Source of the DNA: Dehalococcoidia bacterium | GTDB lineage: Bacteria > Chloroflexota > Dehalococcoidia > Dehalococcoidales > Fen-1064 | Assembly (NCBI GenBank): GCA_011170375.1 | Contig: DUEV01000005.1 | Span: 42,231 to 106,230 of the forward strand | DNA length: 64,000 nt | Reading direction: 5' to 3' | Shown: piece by piece, positions 36,617 through 47,174 of the stretch | Layout: each line of letters begins with the position of its first letter | Position numbering within the stretch: the stretch's first letter is position 1 | Translations under genes and position numbers: made by a program | The notes under the pieces: model-generated | Told to the model about the DNA's origin: nothing | Databases searched by the model: none | The model's input: only the letters and a program-made list of their open reading frames with translations

Positions 36617-37582
36617 ATGAAGAAGTATACTCATGCCTGGCTGGCCTTTATGGCCATCAAGAGACTGGAGAACGTAAAGCTCTCGGCCACCGACCGCAAA
36701 TACGCCGACAGCCTTATCAACTGGTTCATGGACCACAGAGACGATGTAACGCAGGGTGCCTGGTATCCCGATGCGGTCATCATGGATATGGCCAACAGCC
36801 ACGTGCTCAAGCTTACACCCTCAGTCGATGCCAAGAATAAGTTCAAAAAGCTCCCCACGACCTACCTGAACTACAAATACGGCAAGGCCTCACCTCTCAG
36901 GCAGCAGTCCTTCACTGTCGACAAAGACGACAACCTGCCCGACCGTTGTGAGTCAATCGCACATTCCGTTATCGACCACCTGAAGATGCAGGAAATGGAA
37001 GACAAAGGCTCTTCCGTATCTCCGACAGACAACCAGGTTGCGCTCCTGCTTTTCATGCTGAGTCACTACATCGCCGATGCGCACATGCCCTTCCACTGCG
37101 ACAGCCGGAGGTTCTCTGAAGGAATTAACCTCCACGGTGACATAGAGGGCGAGTGGGAGGATGCCATCATGGACTGCTACCCACCCGACACAAGCAACGA
37201 GCGGTTCTATTACGACAGGTTCGGCTACCCCTTCAAGAACCCGAACAGTAACCCGTCACACCAATTCTTTCTTGACAAGGTAGATAATGAGCTAAGTGGT
37301 CGGAAGTTTATCATGTCGTGGGGGGCTAGTAACGGCAACCTGTGGGACTTCATGAGTGCCATCTGCCAGTACTCCTACCTCCTGTCCTACCGCTTCATCC
37401 CTCAGGGATACGACCACACTAACGTGACTGCGCAAAACTGGCGGCGGCCTCTTGGCTCGATATCAGTTGAGGACTTTGGTGTTGCCTCCATCTCCGATGC
37501 GATTGACTCGATTGCCCGCGCCTGGTTTAGGGTCTGGCGTAGGTATAAAAAATGGGAAAAGAAGCAAAGGACCAAGAAATAG
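36617..37582 (+). CDS. zinc-dependent phospholipase C / S1-P1 nuclease superfamily-like protein
   Basis: N-terminal THAWLA and the central HYIADAHMPFHCD resemble the HxxGDxxxPxH zinc motif of that fold. Lys/Arg-rich C-terminal tail. Recognised from memory. Confidence 0.4.
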   Translation: MKKYTHAWLAFMAIKRLENVKLSATDRKYADSLINWFMDHRDDVTQGAWYPDAVIMDMANSHVLKLTPSVDAKNKFKKLPTTYLNYKYGKASPLRQQSFTVDKDDNLPDRCESIAHSVIDHLKMQEMEDKGSSVSPTDNQVALLLFMLSHYIADAHMPFHCDSRRFSEGINLHGDIEGEWEDAIMDCYPPDTSNERFYYDRFGYPFKNPNSNPSHQFFLDKVDNELSGRKFIMSWGASNGNLWDFMSAICQYSYLLSYRFIPQGYDHTNVTAQNWRRPLGSISVEDFGVASISDAIDSIARAWFRVWRRYKKWEKKQRTKK

Positions 37583-37824
37583 CCCCCTACCATACTACTC
37601 GAACCAGCTTAAGTTCCTAAAGCGTCTCTTTTGTCCGGTTCCACAGGTAGGCGTACCTCTGGCGGTCGGACATGACGAGCCACCTTACCCGAAACAGAAT
37701 CTCCCTGATGCCTTCAGTAATTGCTGCCCTCACGAATATCACCCCCACCTTATCTAAAAACTATAACGCTGTAACGTCCGAAAGGTTAGCAACAATGCAG
37801 AAACTCGCAAAACTAGTACGGATG

Positions 37825-37833
37825 TGCTATAAT
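37825..37833 (+). promoter_or_regulatory. extended -10 promoter element TGCTATAAT upstream of dinB
   Basis: TG at 37825-37826 and TATAAT at 37828-37833, about 30 nt before the ATG at 37863. Confidence 0.4.
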
Positions 37834-37862
37834 ACCTGACGACGCTACAGCGGAGACAGGAT

Positions 37863-39140
37863 ATGGCCAGCCGAACCATCATGCATATCGACCTCGATGC
37901 CTTCTTCGTCTCGGTGGAGCAGGTACTGAACCCCGAGCTCCTGGGCAAGCCGGTGGTCGTCGGGGGACGGCCCGACCGGAGGGGGGTGGTGGCGGCTGCT
38001 TCCTACGAGGCCCGGGCCTCTGGACTGCACTCCGGCATGCCCCTGGCCACCGCTGTCCGCCTCTGCCCCCAGGCCATCTTCATCGAGGGTAGCTTCCCCC
38101 GCTACCGCGACGCCTCGAAGAAGTTCATGGCTATCCTGGCTGACTTCTCCCCTTTACTCGAGCCGATGGGGCTCGACGAGGCCTATCTGGACGTGACCGG
38201 CTTCGAGTCACTCCACGGCTCGATTCACCAGATGGCGCTGACCATCAAGCAGCGCGTTAAGGGCGAGCTGCATCTGAACGCATCTATCGGCGTCGCCAGC
38301 TGCAAGGTGATTGCCAAGGTCGCTTCCGACCTTTCCAAGCCGGACGGACTCATCGAAGTACCGCCGGGTGAGGAGCAGGCCTTCCTGGCACCCCTACCCA
38401 TAGAAAAGCTGCCCGGAATCGGCAAAAAGACAAAACAAAAATTAAAGGGCCTGGGGATAAAGACCTTATCCCAACTATCCTTGATGCCACTGGAGGCCCT
38501 GAAAAGCCATTTTGGTGCGTTTGGTGAGATGCTGCACCAGTCCGCCAATGGTATTGACGACAGACCAGTATCGCCGCCGGCCGAGGCCAAGTCAATCAGC
38601 CGCGAGACCACCTTCGACAGGGACATTGGTGAGAGACCAATGCTGGAAGCTACTCTGCGTTACCTCGGGGAAAGGGTGGGGAGCGACCTGCGGCGGCGGG
38701 ACAAGCAGACAAAGACGGTCACCCTCAAGCTGAGGTATGCTGATTTCACCACGATTACGCGCAGTCGCACTCTGCCGCAGGCCACTGATGCTGACCAGGT
38801 AATCTATGATACCGGGGCAGCCTTGCTGCGAGGAGCGCTGGCGACGGAGAAGCAACTGGTACGCCTCATCGGTATCGGGGTGTCAAACCTGGTGGAGCCG
38901 GGCCAGCAACTGACAATGCTGGACTCCCGCGACCGCCGACAGGAGCAACTGAACCGGGCAATCGACCGCATCCGCAACCGCTATGGCTTTACCGCTATCC
39001 AGACCTGGCGCACCCTGCGCCTCAGGGATATCTTTCGCCCAAGTGACGGCGGCGACTATACACCTCCAGACGCCAAGCCTTTCGAGGTAGGCACCGCGAA
39101 AAACAAGCACCTGTACATAGAGTCCCCAAATATGTTTTAA
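37863..39140 (+). CDS. dinB: DNA polymerase IV
   Basis: IMHIDLDAFFVSVEQ, GRPDRRGVVAAASYEAR and the LPIEKLPGIGKKT HhH motif. Confidence 0.95.
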   Translation: MASRTIMHIDLDAFFVSVEQVLNPELLGKPVVVGGRPDRRGVVAAASYEARASGLHSGMPLATAVRLCPQAIFIEGSFPRYRDASKKFMAILADFSPLLEPMGLDEAYLDVTGFESLHGSIHQMALTIKQRVKGELHLNASIGVASCKVIAKVASDLSKPDGLIEVPPGEEQAFLAPLPIEKLPGIGKKTKQKLKGLGIKTLSQLSLMPLEALKSHFGAFGEMLHQSANGIDDRPVSPPAEAKSISRETTFDRDIGERPMLEATLRYLGERVGSDLRRRDKQTKTVTLKLRYADFTTITRSRTLPQATDADQVIYDTGAALLRGALATEKQLVRLIGIGVSNLVEPGQQLTMLDSRDRRQEQLNRAIDRIRNRYGFTAIQTWRTLRLRDIFRPSDGGDYTPPDAKPFEVGTAKNKHLYIESPNMF

Positions 39141-39174
39141 TGTAAGAAATTATCATCTACCAGGGAGCAACTAC

Positions 39175-39852
39175 ATGGAACAAATAGAGCTACACGCCTC
39201 AAAACGAGATGTCCTCGGTAAGAAGGTCAGGTTCTTACGTCGTCAGGGCATCACGCCAGTGCACGTTTTCGGTCACGGAATAGAATCGCTGGCTTTACAG
39301 TGTGATACCGCCAATCTGCAACGGGTACTTGCCCGCAGCGGGCAGACGCGGATAATCAACCTAAAGATTGACGACGAAAAAAGCCCGAGAACAGTGATGG
39401 CCCGTGAAGTCCAGCAGGACATATTAAAGGGCAGCTTACTCCACGTGGACTTCTACCAGGTAAAAATGACCGAGGCAATAGAAGTCGATGTACCAATCGT
39501 CCTAGTCGGTGAGGCGCCAGCCTTGAAAAACAAGGAAAACATGCTGGCACAGGAACTCAATGAGTTGAGTATCGAGTGCCTCCCGGCCAATATCCCAAAC
39601 AGCATAGAAGTGGACGTCACCTCCCTCACCGAACCCGATGATGCAATCCGTGTGCGTGATATTGTCCCCGGTGAAGGCGTTACTATCCTTAACGACCCGG
39701 AAGCTATGCTGGCCAGGATTACTGTACAACGGGAGATAATAGAGGAAGTGCCAGAAGCGGTTGAGGTCGCCGAAGAGGAAGCGGAGGCTGTCGAGGCCGA
39801 GGAGGAGGAAGCCAAGCGGTCCGAAGCCACGGATGCTACAGAAACTTCATGA
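39175..39852 (+). CDS. rplY: 50S ribosomal protein L25 / general stress protein Ctc
   Basis: LHASKRDVLGKKVRFLRRQGITPVHVFG N-terminal domain plus an acidic C-terminal tail. Confidence 0.85.
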   Translation: MEQIELHASKRDVLGKKVRFLRRQGITPVHVFGHGIESLALQCDTANLQRVLARSGQTRIINLKIDDEKSPRTVMAREVQQDILKGSLLHVDFYQVKMTEAIEVDVPIVLVGEAPALKNKENMLAQELNELSIECLPANIPNSIEVDVTSLTEPDDAIRVRDIVPGEGVTILNDPEAMLARITVQREIIEEVPEAVEVAEEEAEAVEAEEEEAKRSEATDATETS

Positions 39853-39957
39853 ATGAAGAATGGCTGCCCATATGCAACTGGTGCCGACATCTGCCCTCTC
39901 TTGTCTTTCCGCTATACTGTACCGTATAATAGCCCCGACCCAACAAGGGGATTCATA

Positions 39958-40341
39958 ATGAACAAGAAGCGGTTTGCTATCGAGATGGGGATGGGCGTAG
40001 AGCAGCATGGACAGGACGTCACCAGAGCGGCCGCCAAGGCAGTTAAGGATGCCATCAGCCGGGTCAGCCTCGTTGGTTTGCTGGAAATGGTGGAACTGAG
40101 AGACCTTAACGAGATGTTCGTCGAGGTCCTCATCGCCTGTCCCCGTCCAGAAGAAGTAGATACCGACGAAGTCCTCCAGGCCCTCCCATTCGGCCAGAAG
40201 GAAATAATGCTGGTCGAGGGTGGCATGGTTCTCCATGGCCACCAGCTACCCATACTGGAAGACAGGTCGGATGAGATAATTATCGCCAATGCGGCCGTTA
40301 CGGTATACATCGATACAGATAAAGCTGTGATAACAAGCTAA
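39958..40341 (+). CDS. Lin0512-family conserved hypothetical protein
   Basis: MNKKRFAIEMGMGVEQHGQDVTRAAAKAVKDAI resembles the Lin0512 family N-terminus. The ATG at 39958 follows AAGGGGA. The track ORF from 39853 adds an unlikely extension. Confidence 0.5.
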   Translation: MNKKRFAIEMGMGVEQHGQDVTRAAAKAVKDAISRVSLVGLLEMVELRDLNEMFVEVLIACPRPEEVDTDEVLQALPFGQKEIMLVEGGMVLHGHQLPILEDRSDEIIIANAAVTVYIDTDKAVITS

Positions 40342-40372
40342 AGTAGTCTAACCAATAAAGAGGAGGCAATTA

Positions 40373-41281
40373 ATGCCGTCATACGCCTATTTCCACAACC
40401 AGATGGTCCCCCTTGAGGAAGCCAATCTCAATGTCATGACCAACTTCATGCACTATGGCACCGGCGTATTTGAGGGTATCCGGGGCAACTGGAACAGCGG
40501 TCGCAGGCAAATATACCTGTTCCGCCTCAAGGAGCACTACCAGCGGATGCTTAATGGCTGTCACCTCCTTAATATCGAGTTGCCCCACACCCTGGACGAC
40601 CTCTGCCGGATAACGGTTGAGGTGGTGGCCAAGTGCGGCTTCGAGGAAGATGTCTATGTCCGTCCCCTTGCCTATAAAAGCTCCGAGTCGCTGGGAGTCC
40701 GCCTCCATAACCTGGAAAGCGATTTTCTGGTCTTTGCCTTCCCCTGGGGGCCTTACCTCGATACTGACCGGGCGCGGTGCTGCGTCTCTTCCTGGCGGTT
40801 CCCCAATGAGGTGCCGCGCGCCAAGCTCACCGGTCTCTACGTGACCAACGCCGCCGCCAAGACAGAGGCAATCGAGAACGGGTTTGATGAAGGTATAATG
40901 CTGACGCCGGACGGTTATGTCGCCGAGGGCAGTGGCGAGAACCTCTTCCTTCTAATCAATGACAGGCTGGTGACGCCACCCGGCTCGGACGGCATACTTA
41001 TTGGCATCACCCGGAACACCGTGATAACACTGGCACAGGAAGAGCTCGGTATTGAGACCGTAGAAAGGCACATTGACCGCGTCGAACTCTATACCGCCGA
41101 CGAGTGCTTCCTAACAGGCACTGCCGCCCACATCACGCCGGTCTCAGAGATAGACCATCGCAGGATAGCCGACGGTGAAATCGGCAAGGTAACCGGCAAG
41201 CTGCAGAAGCTGTACAATGACATTATCCTGAACAACAACCGGAAATACTCCGACTGGTGCACACCGGTCTACAGGAAATAG
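40373..41281 (+). CDS. ilvE: branched-chain amino acid aminotransferase
   Basis: Fold-type IV aminotransferase blocks: GVFEGIR, EGSGENLF, GITR. Confidence 0.9.
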   Translation: MPSYAYFHNQMVPLEEANLNVMTNFMHYGTGVFEGIRGNWNSGRRQIYLFRLKEHYQRMLNGCHLLNIELPHTLDDLCRITVEVVAKCGFEEDVYVRPLAYKSSESLGVRLHNLESDFLVFAFPWGPYLDTDRARCCVSSWRFPNEVPRAKLTGLYVTNAAAKTEAIENGFDEGIMLTPDGYVAEGSGENLFLLINDRLVTPPGSDGILIGITRNTVITLAQEELGIETVERHIDRVELYTADECFLTGTAAHITPVSEIDHRRIADGEIGKVTGKLQKLYNDIILNNNRKYSDWCTPVYRK

Positions 41282-41302
41282 GCTCATTAGTGGAGGCTTT
41301 TA

Positions 41303-41941
41303 GTGATAGCCAATAGTGAATTTGTCACGGGCATTATCGTTTTTCTTATAGGCTACTTTCTCGGTTCGATGCCGACCGCCTACATCGCCACCCGCCTCGC
41401 CAGTGGCAAGGACATCCGCGAAATCGGCGGGGGAAACGTCGGCGGTCTGAACACTTTCCGCGAGGTCGGTATAGCTCCCGCTGTCGCCGTGGGTATCGTT
41501 GACGTCAGCAAAGGAGCGGCGGCAGTGGCTATCGCTCACTGGGCATTACAGTTAGACCCGGTGTATGTATACCTAGCAGCCGGGGCATCCGTAGTCGGCC
41601 ATAACTGGATGATATGGCTGAAGTTCAGTGGAGGGAAGGGGATGGGGGCCTCGATTGGTACCCTGGCAGTACTCATGCCCATCTATGATTACGCCATAGG
41701 TCTGGGAGTCCTGCTCGGCATTATTATCATACCCCTGGTGACTATCAGAAACGTCGCTCTGGCCATGGGTATTGGCCTGGCGGCCCTGCCCTTTATCGCC
41801 TGGTTAATGGGTACGCATTCGGGCATGTTTGTCATCTGGTCAGTCATAGTAGGACTCCTGGTCGTGGTAAAATTCCTCCCGACAGCCCTGGCCTCCATTT
41901 CTAAGTCCAGCAGTATCAAGGACTTTATCCGTGGCGATTAG
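41303..41941 (+). CDS. plsY: glycerol-3-phosphate acyltransferase PlsY
   Basis: GYFLGSMPTAYI, GGGNVGGLN and GGKGM motifs. Polytopic membrane protein. Confidence 0.85.
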   Translation: MIANSEFVTGIIVFLIGYFLGSMPTAYIATRLASGKDIREIGGGNVGGLNTFREVGIAPAVAVGIVDVSKGAAAVAIAHWALQLDPVYVYLAAGASVVGHNWMIWLKFSGGKGMGASIGTLAVLMPIYDYAIGLGVLLGIIIIPLVTIRNVALAMGIGLAALPFIAWLMGTHSGMFVIWSVIVGLLVVVKFLPTALASISKSSSIKDFIRGD

Positions 41942-42501
41942 GCAGTGGGTTGCGCCTGCAGGGACTTCAGCAAGCAAATGACCTGGCTGCATTCTTCCAG
42001 TGCCGTAGTGCAGTTAAAGGCATCCTCAAGTAGCTGACCAACAGCAAAGCAGCCATGCCCGTGCACCATGACGGCACGATGGTCTTTTAGAGCTTCCGCA
42101 ATTGTCTCGGCCAGTCCTCCAGGTTTCACCGTCATCTTCCAGCCAAGTACCGGCACCTTGCCCACCGTAGAGAGGCTTTCAGCACAGTTGGGCACGATTT
42201 CTGTAGTAGCCATCGAGAGCGCAGTTGCGTGGGGTGGATGGGCGTGGACCACCGCTCGTGCTGGGGTCACCCGATAAATGGCCCGGTGCACTGCCAACTC
42301 TGTCGAGGCCAGTGGCGTCGAACGGTCATTTTTGTCTATCCCAGTTTCTATCAGATCATGTTCCTGCAAAGCCCCGAGCATACAGCCACGCCTGGTAATG
42401 ATGATGTGGTTCCTTAACCTGATGCTCAGGTTACCGGTGTGAGAGGCAATGAGACCTCGGGTAAACAGGTCACGCCCTACTTGTTGAAACTGAGACAGCA
42501 T
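41938..42501 (-). CDS. class II aldolase/adducin family protein
   Basis: SHTGNLSIR, and the VHAHPPHATAL and HGHG metal ligands. Confidence 0.8.
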   Translation of the reverse strand: MLSQFQQVGRDLFTRGLIASHTGNLSIRLRNHIIITRRGCMLGALQEHDLIETGIDKNDRSTPLASTELAVHRAIYRVTPARAVVHAHPPHATALSMATTEIVPNCAESLSTVGKVPVLGWKMTVKPGGLAETIAEALKDHRAVMVHGHGCFAVGQLLEDAFNCTTALEECSQVICLLKSLQAQPTA

Positions 42502-42616
42502 CCCAAACCCTTCACTTGGTGGCCACTTCCATTAGTGCCAGAGGTAATTTACAACTAGTTAAAAGAAAATGTCAAACCGACACGCTATGAGTCAGGTGTC
42601 ATTGGAAGGACCGAAC

Positions 42617-42886
42617 CTAGCCAGCCAGGGCCTGATTCAACTTCTTCAGCAGGCGTGCCTTCCTTCTGGCAGCGTTATTTGGGTGAATCACGCCTTTCTC
42701 CGCCGCCTTATCAAGCGAACTGATAGCAACAGTCACTGCTTCACGAGCTTCCTCGAGTTCACCTGAGGCAATAAGCCGTCCCGCCTTGACCACATTTGTC
42801 CGACACAGGCTACGAATGGACCTGTTGTGCAGGCGGCGCTTTGCATCCTTTCGTACCTGCTTCTTGGCTGACTTGGTTATAGGCAA
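42617..42886 (-). CDS. rpsT: 30S ribosomal protein S20
   Basis: MPITKSAKKQVRKDAKRRLHNRS. 89 aa and basic. Confidence 0.92.
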   Translation of the reverse strand: MPITKSAKKQVRKDAKRRLHNRSIRSLCRTNVVKAGRLIASGELEEAREAVTVAISSLDKAAEKGVIHPNNAARRKARLLKKLNQALAG

Positions 42887-42937
42887 TCTCTCCCTCCTCG
42901 GTCCCTTCAGTAAATATTTTCCTTATGGTACATAAGC

Positions 42938-45139
42938 CTACCTGGTATCCGTCTGTGGGGTAGACTTCGTGGTGACCCCCTCCGCTGTTCTAGCAACGCT
43001 GGTAACGCTTCTTACTCCTTCAATCTTTGCCAGCAGCCGACTGAGCTGTGCGAGGTCTCCTATCTCAAGCGTGAGGAATATTGAAACAGTCTGCTCCTCA
43101 CCATTGGCAAGGTTGGCAGCAACGATATTGACCTTCTCCTCGGCAACCATCATGGTAACATCACGCATCAGTCCCACCCTGTCCCAGGCATCCACCCGAA
43201 CCCTTACCGGATAGAGCACGTCGGCCTGTCCCCACTCAACCGAGACCATCCTCTCCTTCTCTTCCTCGTTAACAACGTTAACACAGTCGCGGCGGTGGAC
43301 GGTCACACCCCGGCTCCGGGTAACATAGCCAATGATACTATCACCGGGCACAGGGTTGCAGCACCTGGCAAGCTGGGTAAGCATGTCACCCGCCCCCAGC
43401 ACCTTTACTGTCGAGGTTACTTGCCTGAGAGGAACCTCTGCTTCTGCCTCTTTCGGTGTTTCTTCTTCGACAGTGGTCAGTTTCGAAGCAATCTGGTGGG
43501 TGGTTATCCCCCCATATCCAATAGCGTTGTAGAAATCATCGAGGTTGTCATGTTTGAATAACTCTGCCAGATGCTCACGCTCGCTAAACTTTATGCCAAG
43601 TTGCCTCATCAGCTTTTCCAAGAGCTCCCGACCGCGCTCTACGTTCTCGGTTCGCTCCCGCTTTGTGAACCATTGACGTATCTTCACCTTGGCATGAGAT
43701 GTGTTGGTATAGCCCAAGTTTGAATTCAGCCAGTCACGGCTCGGCCCTCGGTCCCCCTTGGCCGACATTATCTGGACAACGTCACCATTTTTGAGTTGAT
43801 AGTTAAGCGGCACCAGTCTACCGTTAACCTTGGCACCGACGCACTGGTGCCCAAGGTCAGTATGAATCTGGTAAGCAAAGTCAAGTGGGGTAGCACCCTT
43901 GGGCAGGTCCTTTATTTCTCCCTTGGGGGTATAGACAAAGACCTGGTCACTAAAGACGTCTGTCCTGACTGCTTCCACAAACTCCTCAGCCCCGCGTAGC
44001 TCTCGGTGCCACTCTATCAGTTGACGCAACTCTTTCACGCCCTCTTCAAAACCGGTATCGCGTTTCTCCCCCTCTTTATACCGCCAGTGAATCACTACAC
44101 CGCGCTCGGCGAAATCATGCATATCATGGGTGCGAATTTGTATCTCAAGGCGTTCTTTACCTTGATACATTACGGAGGTATGCAATGACTGATAACCGTT
44201 CGGCTTGGGATTTCCGATGTAATCGTCAAACTGATCCGGCACAGGACGCCACAAAGAGTGGACGATACCCAGCGCGCCGTAGCAGTCTCCTACAGAACCT
44301 ACCAGCACCCGGAGCGCCAGAAGGTCGTAGATATCATTGAAGTACTTGCCCATATCGGCGTAACGCTGCATCTTCTGGTATATACTGTAAAGGTGCTTGG
44401 GCCGGCCAGAGATCTCAGCTTTAATGCCAGCCTTCTCTAACTCCCGGTTCAATTCATTGGTTATCTCTGTAATGAGCTTCTCACGTGTATCACGCTTGTC
44501 TTCAACCAGGCCGGCAATCCGGTTGTATTCCTCCGGATTCAGATAACGGAAGCACTCATCCTCCAGCCTCCACTTCAACTCCCATATCCCCAGGCGGTGC
44601 GCCAGGGGAGCGTATATCTCCAGCGTCTCCCGCGAAATAGACTGCTGCTTTTCTTGCGGTAAATACTTCAGGGTAAGCATGTTATGCAGTCGGTCAGCCA
44701 GCTTGATGAAGACGACGCGGGGGTCCTCGGCCATGGCTACCAGCAGCTTTCGCAAGTTCTCCGCCTGACCTGCCGCCGGGGTAGTGCCTGCTCCCCAGCC
44801 AGCTTCCTCCGATGCCTGCCTAGAGAGTTTACCCAGCTTGGTGGTGCCGTCAACGAGCTTAGCCACCTCGGGGCCGAATTCGGCCTCAATATCAGAGATG
44901 GGTACATCACAGTTCTCCGTAACATCATGCAGGAGTGAGGCTGCCAGAGCGCTGGCATCCAGCTCCAAGTCAGCCAGAATCACGGCGGTCTGCAGCGGGT
45001 GCTCAATGTAAGGGTCACCCGACATCCGCATCTGCCCTTCATGTGCCCGGCTGGCAAATTCATAGGCCTTCTTCACAAAAGCCAGCCTTTCTGGCGGCAG
45101 ATACTCCTTTGCCTTCCCCAGCAAATCCTCGAATACCAC
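42938..45139 (-). CDS. relA: bifunctional (p)ppGpp synthetase/hydrolase
   Basis: HD domain (HPLQTA, LHDVTE), synthetase block RPKHLYSIYQKM, and TGS and ACT domains. Confidence 0.95.
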   Translation of the reverse strand: MVFEDLLGKAKEYLPPERLAFVKKAYEFASRAHEGQMRMSGDPYIEHPLQTAVILADLELDASALAASLLHDVTENCDVPISDIEAEFGPEVAKLVDGTTKLGKLSRQASEEAGWGAGTTPAAGQAENLRKLLVAMAEDPRVVFIKLADRLHNMLTLKYLPQEKQQSISRETLEIYAPLAHRLGIWELKWRLEDECFRYLNPEEYNRIAGLVEDKRDTREKLITEITNELNRELEKAGIKAEISGRPKHLYSIYQKMQRYADMGKYFNDIYDLLALRVLVGSVGDCYGALGIVHSLWRPVPDQFDDYIGNPKPNGYQSLHTSVMYQGKERLEIQIRTHDMHDFAERGVVIHWRYKEGEKRDTGFEEGVKELRQLIEWHRELRGAEEFVEAVRTDVFSDQVFVYTPKGEIKDLPKGATPLDFAYQIHTDLGHQCVGAKVNGRLVPLNYQLKNGDVVQIMSAKGDRGPSRDWLNSNLGYTNTSHAKVKIRQWFTKRERTENVERGRELLEKLMRQLGIKFSEREHLAELFKHDNLDDFYNAIGYGGITTHQIASKLTTVEEETPKEAEAEVPLRQVTSTVKVLGAGDMLTQLARCCNPVPGDSIIGYVTRSRGVTVHRRDCVNVVNEEEKERMVSVEWGQADVLYPVRVRVDAWDRVGLMRDVTMMVAEEKVNIVAANLANGEEQTVSIFLTLEIGDLAQLSRLLAKIEGVRSVTSVARTAEGVTTKSTPQTDTR

Positions 45140-45269
45140 CGACTACTCCATAATGCTCGCTACACAGATAGTATAGCGTAAGAACATTACATATACAAAA
45201 GTCAACCCACCTTTACAAGTTCGGGGCTGATACGGTATTCTAGCTTAGAAACATCTGATGGGGTGAACC

Positions 45270-46520
45270 TTGTATCGAGCACCGCGCGGCACTCAGGATA
45301 TCCTTCCCCCGGAGCAACCTTACTGGCGCTACGTTGAGCAGAAGGCAGCCGAGATATGCCGTCTCTACGGCTACGAGCGTATTGACCTGCCGATGTTTGA
45401 GGATGCCGGTCTCTTCACTCGTGGCGTCGGGGAAGGCACCGATATTGTGGAAAAGGAGATGTACGTCTTTGAGGACCGGGGCGGAAACAGCCTGGCACTG
45501 AGACCTGAGGCAGGCACTGCCTCAGTCTGTCGGGCTTACTTGGAGCACGGCCTTCATAACCGACCGCAACCGGTGAGACTGTTCTACCTCGGTCCTGCGT
45601 TCAGGTACGACCGGCCACAGGCAGGCAGGTACCGCCAGCACCACCAGTTCGGCTGCGAGGCCATCGGTGATGCTGACCCAGCCCTTGATGCCGAGGTTAT
45701 TGACATGGCCTGGCAGTTCTTCGTCAGCCTTGGCCTGGGCCGCTTCAAGATAGTATTGAACAGCATCGGCTGCAAGAAGTGCCGCCCTGAGTATCTCTCC
45801 TCACTCAAGGAGCATTACAGCCCTCACACCGACGAGGTGTGCGACGATTGTAAGGTCCGGTTCCAGAAGAACCCCTTGCGGCTGCTGGACTGTAGGAGCC
45901 CTCAGTGCCAGCCGATAGCCGATGCGGCCCCGAAAAGTACCGACTATCTTTGCGCAGAGTGCACCGAACACTATAACGACGTAAAACGCTACCTAGGAAG
46001 TCTTGAAATCCCCTTTGAGGAAAACCACCGCCTCGTCCGCGGGCTTGACTACTACACGAGGACAGTGTTCGAGGTCCAACCCGAAGAAGGTGGGGCACAG
46101 AGCTCACTTGGTGGGGGTGGTCGCTATGATATGCTTATCGAGGAGCTTGGCGGTAAACCTGCGCCGGGAATCGGCTTTGCTACCGGTATCGAGCGCATCA
46201 TCCTCGGCCTGCAAAAGGAGATTGTCCCGGTGCCATCAATATCCAGCCCGCAGCTTTTCATCGCCAATATGGGACACGAGGCCCGTGATGCTGCCCTGAA
46301 GCTGTCGACCACCCTGCGACGCAACGGCACCGCCGTGATAATGGCTACTGGCAGCCGCAGCCTCAAAGCCCAGCTCCGCCAGGCAAACAACCTCAACGTT
46401 CCAAGGGTAGCTATCATTGGCGAGGATGAGGTAAAAACGGGCACCGTGGTGCTGCGGGACATGACCACTTCACAGCAGGAAAGTATGCCGGTGGGCAAGC
46501 TGCTGGAGTTGTTCAAGTAG
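45270..46520 (+). CDS. hisS: histidine--tRNA ligase
   Basis: YRAPRGTQDILP, FRYDRPQAGRYRQHHQFG (motif 2) and GGGRYD (motif 3). TTG start after GGGGTGA. Confidence 0.95.
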   Translation: MYRAPRGTQDILPPEQPYWRYVEQKAAEICRLYGYERIDLPMFEDAGLFTRGVGEGTDIVEKEMYVFEDRGGNSLALRPEAGTASVCRAYLEHGLHNRPQPVRLFYLGPAFRYDRPQAGRYRQHHQFGCEAIGDADPALDAEVIDMAWQFFVSLGLGRFKIVLNSIGCKKCRPEYLSSLKEHYSPHTDEVCDDCKVRFQKNPLRLLDCRSPQCQPIADAAPKSTDYLCAECTEHYNDVKRYLGSLEIPFEENHRLVRGLDYYTRTVFEVQPEEGGAQSSLGGGGRYDMLIEELGGKPAPGIGFATGIERIILGLQKEIVPVPSISSPQLFIANMGHEARDAALKLSTTLRRNGTAVIMATGSRSLKAQLRQANNLNVPRVAIIGEDEVKTGTVVLRDMTTSQQESMPVGKLLELFK

Positions 46521-46526
46521 TCTGCC

Positions 46527-47171
46527 TCAGGCCTTCCGGGCAAAGATGAGCGGATGGCGTTCTTCAGATGCCTGGACCTCTTCCCTATAACCGTGTCCAA
46601 CGACAGTGGTCTTCAGTAGCGTAAACCCGATCTCCTCTATAATTCTCTTATAGTCCTCGAGGCCGTAATTGCTCCAGTACATCGTGACTCCTAAGTAATC
46701 CTCTGTGTACGGAGCCTCGTTGAGATAAGACAATGTCGCCAGAAGGTACCCTCCCGGCTTCAGCCATCGGTATATCCGCCGCAGCAACTCAGGATGTTCC
46801 TCCCTGGGAAGATGGAAAATCGAGTAAAACGCGACGGCGGCATCAAGGTGTGACGGCGGTAACTCGACCGACATGATATCTCCCTTGATGAATGTCGCCT
46901 GCGGAACGTTCGCCCGGGCGCGGCTTATCATCTCACCTGAAATATCCACGCCCGTGACGGCGAAACGCTGCGATAGAGTCCTTGCGATGGGCACACCAGC
47001 CCCACAGCCAACATCGAGTATGGTTGCCCCATCCCGTAGCCGACTTGTCAGCAGAGTCAGCTCAGGGCCGGCTTCTCTCTGCCGTGACGTATCGTATTCA
47101 GCGGCACACGAATTATAACCCCGCTGAACGAGGTCTTTGTAGTTTACTTTTGAATCATCTGCAGGTTTCAA
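46527..47171 (-). CDS. class I SAM-dependent methyltransferase
   Basis: Motif I ILDVGCGAGVP. Confidence 0.75.
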   Translation of the reverse strand: MKPADDSKVNYKDLVQRGYNSCAAEYDTSRQREAGPELTLLTSRLRDGATILDVGCGAGVPIARTLSQRFAVTGVDISGEMISRARANVPQATFIKGDIMSVELPPSHLDAAVAFYSIFHLPREEHPELLRRIYRWLKPGGYLLATLSYLNEAPYTEDYLGVTMYWSNYGLEDYKRIIEEIGFTLLKTTVVGHGYREEVQASEERHPLIFARKA

Positions 47172-47174
47172 ACT

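Noticed and set aside
45140-45269. T-box leader upstream of hisS
   Set aside because: The spacer is only 130 nt and is shared with the divergent relA promoter. No specifier or T-box sequence is visible.
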